From: Eledone cirrhosa
Lineage: Eukaryota
Length of the DNA stretch: 64,000 nucleotides
Direction: 5' to 3'
NCBI GenBank assembly: GCA_964016885.1
Contig: OZ024761.1
Span: 25,916,001 to 25,980,000 of the forward strand
Shown in pieces: positions 60,551-64,000 of the stretch. Position numbers and translations under genes: made by a program. The notes under the pieces are model-generated. The model did not search any database, was not told where the DNA came from, and saw only the letters and a list, made by a program, of their open reading frames with translations. Each line of letters starts with the position of its first letter. Position 1 is the stretch's first letter.

Positions 60551-60882
60551 ATAGAGAGAGAGAGAGAGAGATACAATATATTTGTAATTAATACATGTAG
60601 TATTGTATATTTGTATGTATGTATGTGCGTGCGCCTGTAAATATACATTCAATTTACAATCGCAATCTTCACAATTTCTATTAGTATATAAGTCTATTAT
60701 AGACATACATACACACACTCGTGAGATGCTCGTTTACTCTTAATGTATTTTAATAATTTGTGTTCATGCTATAAACTAATTCGTTTGAACTTGCACATAG
60801 TTCGTTTGCATGCGTGCGTGTGTGTATGGGTAATTATCCAAAGTTCATGTAGAAGTCATTTCTGTTTGTAATAAAGATATGT

Positions 60883-60914
<32 letters not shown>

Positions 60915-61087
60915 GGAAGATTGGCATTCTACCCTGTAAGCGTTGTTTATATACTCGTGTCTTACACAAGTAGCACATCATTAGTCTTAGAATGGATCAA
61001 TAGGTGCTGGGTTACTCTGGGTTGAGAATCCGCTAAAGGGATCGTATGTGCTTCACTTAATACAGATATAACCTCCCGGATTTTTAC

Positions 61088-61153
<66 letters not shown>

Positions 61154-61413
61154 TTCGCGTGAAACTACATGTCGATGCTGGGGTTGGTGACCCAATATGA
61201 TATGGGTTTCTTTTATCTCATTCATTTCCATTCTTCCATCTTCCTCTGTTCGTGTCTAACACTTCTCTAGAGCACCACACTTTCAGTCGCTTATTCCTAT
61301 CGCAGAGGTAAGCCTTTACGCAACGTCGTCATTGACAATATTTTACTGTTTTAGCAGTTCTCCTTTGCGTTGAGCTTCAAATTATTCTATGTATATATAT
61401 ATATATAAGATAT

Positions 61414-61907
61414 GTTTCTTTTATTTGCCACCAGGGCATCAAAAGTGGGACAAGTACAAAGGGGGGAGTTTACAAAACAAGGCGTCCTCAATAAGGAGGA
61501 GGCAATAACAATATATAAAAATCAAATAAAATATAACAAAAAATAAAATTTATAACAAAGTCCTCAATAGAGAGGAGGCACCTTGAGGGGTCGCACACAC
61601 CCCCGAAAAAAGTGTGCAACCCTTCTCCTCAGGAGCACAGAGAAGGGGTGCTCCCTTGGTCTTTCATCTTCCTCACCTATAGTCTGATGTAGAGTGAAGG
61701 CCCATTCACACGGGCCATTCTCGCCACTTTCACCCATCTTTCATAGAAACGGCTGGGGTGCAGCACCTCTCTCTCCATCCTGATCCTTCTTCCGAAATGA
61801 TATCGGAAGAAACAGACCAGTTGTTGGCCAGAGAGAAAGGTGTCCGACCTCAGTCCTTTCAGACGCGTCCACCATACAACCTCTTTTGCCATGGCTATTA
61901 CGCACAG
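61414..61907 (-). mobile_element. L1/Tx1-like LINE 3' end
   Basis: Open frame MAKEVVWWTRLKGLRSDTFLSGQQLVCFFRYHFGRRIRMEREVLHPSRFYERWVKVARMARVNGPSLYIRL* (61677-61892); homologous to 11586-12064. Confidence 0.7.
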
Positions 61908-61967
61908 ATATATATATATAAGATAGATAGATAGATATAATATAGATAGGTAGATATCAGTTTATAC

Positions 61968-62014
<47 letters not shown>

Positions 62015-62015
<1 letters not shown>

Positions 62016-62307
62016 TCGTGTGTTGAAGCGAATATTGTTATGTTTGGGGGAGGGGTTATATTGTTATAATATTGCCAGAAATAATTTCAGTACACACAAT
62101 GATAACGTGATAGATGTGTGACGAAAGAACCTTGAAAGACTATATATATATTTCTATCTGTATTTTTAACCGGTGGTCAGTCAATGATAAACATTGATTG
62201 CCAAGTAAATTAAATATGGCGATATAAAAGATACAGAAACGAAAACCAACCCAAACCAAAGAGTGAGTGTGTTCTGTTATTATTTCTGGCAATATTATAA
62301 CGATATG

Positions 62308-62310
<3 letters not shown>
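62015..62310. mobile_element. Family R element with inverted end (PLE-type)
   Basis: ttataatattgccagaaataat (about 62063-62084) is the inverse of 62279-62300. Shares tcgtgtgttgaa and gtgtgacgaaagaac with the 6080-6334 element. Confidence 0.65.
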
Positions 62311-62351
<41 letters not shown>

Positions 62352-62356
<5 letters not shown>

Positions 62357-62406
62357 TAAAATAACAGATTAAAGTTTAAGCAAAGAATCGCTGCTTTCAC
62401 CCTTAA
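62352..62406 (-). repeat. Family P1 terminal fragment (hammerhead 3' half only)
   Basis: Reverse complement of 41823-41877. Confidence 0.8.
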
Positions 62407-62419
62407 ATTTATTATTACT

Positions 62420-62452
<33 letters not shown>

Positions 62453-62467
62453 TTTATACTAATAATA

Positions 62468-62656
62468 ATTGTTTCTACTTTTGGCACAAGGCCACCAAAT
62501 ACCTAGTGTATTACTGGTACTTTTTTTTATCGACCCCGTAAGGATGAAAAGCAAAGTTAACCGCGGCGGGATTTGAACTCAGAATGGCAAGGGCCGTAAC
62601 TCAATGCATCAAAGCATGGCGTCCGTCCCTCTACCGATACTATCAATCCACCGCCC
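62468..62656 (-). mobile_element. SINE family A, full length
   Basis: Homologous to 20957-21146; flanked by TAA repeats. Confidence 0.85.
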
Positions 62657-63048
62657 TATAATAATAATAATATTATTTATACTTATATATACACAATATA
62701 TATATATGCGGTTATGTTAGTGTATGTGTGTGTGAGTGCGTGTGTGTATGTGTCAGTGTGTTTAAGTATCCACAGTTACTGTCAGGTATGCTTTCAGTAT
62801 AAATAAATTGATATATCAGACCGCACGTACAATCCAGATAATAGAAAACATACGTCTTTCCCAGGTCTAGATGTTGATCGAAATATAATCAGATCTATAC
62901 ACAGGGCACATAATGTCAACTGTTTGAACTGTGGAAAACTCAGTAACATGTATAAAGAGTCGACCACGTTACGTTAGTCTTTAAAGAGATGAAGTACAGA
63001 AAGGGAGTGAAAGATATATATACATCACTATATATCTCTATCTATTTA

Positions 63049-63090
<42 letters not shown>

Positions 63091-63100
63091 TATCTATTTA

Positions 63101-63144
<44 letters not shown>

Positions 63145-63154
63145 TATCTATTTA

Positions 63155-63192
<38 letters not shown>

Positions 63193-63428
63193 TATCTATT
63201 TATGAATATATATATATATATATATATGTCTATTTATGAATGTGTGCGCGTACGTGTGCGTGTGTGTGTGCGTGTGCGTGTGCGTGTGCGTGTGCGTGTG
63301 TGTTGTACGTTATTATACTTATATTCATTTATTTATTAGTATAATCCTGAACACAAGATCACACATACACCTATATATATACACATATATAACCATATGT
63401 ATATTCGAACATAGCTATCTCTATATGC

Positions 63429-63488
<60 letters not shown>

Positions 63489-63519
63489 TTCTCATATATA
63501 TATATATAAATATGAGAAG

Positions 63520-63672
63520 AAAGAAGAATACTGCGTGGTTTACACATGGGTTACATATGATAAAAATAGTCCTTTGTCAGTGATTTTCCAACCATCATTG
63601 GTATTTCATCGCATTAAAAATCAGATACCTCAGGTTGGTGCGAGCAATAACTAAAAAAAGGTTATTGGGACC
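63520..63672 (-). repeat. Dispersed repeat family T
   Basis: Reverse complement of 53560-53712. Confidence 0.8.
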
Positions 63673-64000
63673 AGAATTCGCGTAAGGCGAGGGCGACAAG
63701 TAAACAACATAGAAGGATAAAAGCAAACCGAAGATAGGAAAATATATGTAAATATGTATGTAAATATATTTATATATATTTACATACATATTTACATATT
63801 TTTACATACATACATATATATATATATATATACGTCCGTGTGTGTGTGTCAGTATACACCAACAATGGAGGAACGCCTTATCATCATGTTTAATTAAGGA
63901 GGACAGGTATAACTCAGTGCGAGATGTCTTTAACGTTGTCAGTAGGTTTCACGTGTAAGTTATAGTTTACTTTCGGTTTTTATATTTCAGTTATTTTTTA

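Overview
AT-rich eukaryotic non-coding DNA (intergenic or a very large intron), most likely from a coleoid cephalopod such as Octopus. That assignment is inferred from the SINE families and the extreme (TA)n load, not from a search. No intact protein-coding gene is supported; nearly all supplied ORFs are Tyr-Ile/Cys-Val read-throughs of microsatellites. The non-microsatellite DNA is largely short retroelement fragments sitting in microsatellites: two tRNA-type SINE families, L1/Tx1-like, RTE-like and Dong/R4-like 3' ends, and several Penelope-like element (PLE) terminal-repeat families, one still linked to a GIY-YIG endonuclease C-terminus. The strongest hidden signal is a dense, diverse set of type I hammerhead ribozyme (HHR) folds read by hand. 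Six have complete topology (6143, 41806, 51735, 52349, 55843, 60161), several more are decayed, and about nine fold-back elements carry only the 3' half. They include non-canonical cores (U3:A8 swap, U-U at the base of stem II, CAGANGA). All folds and family assignments are by eye, and element boundaries are approximate.
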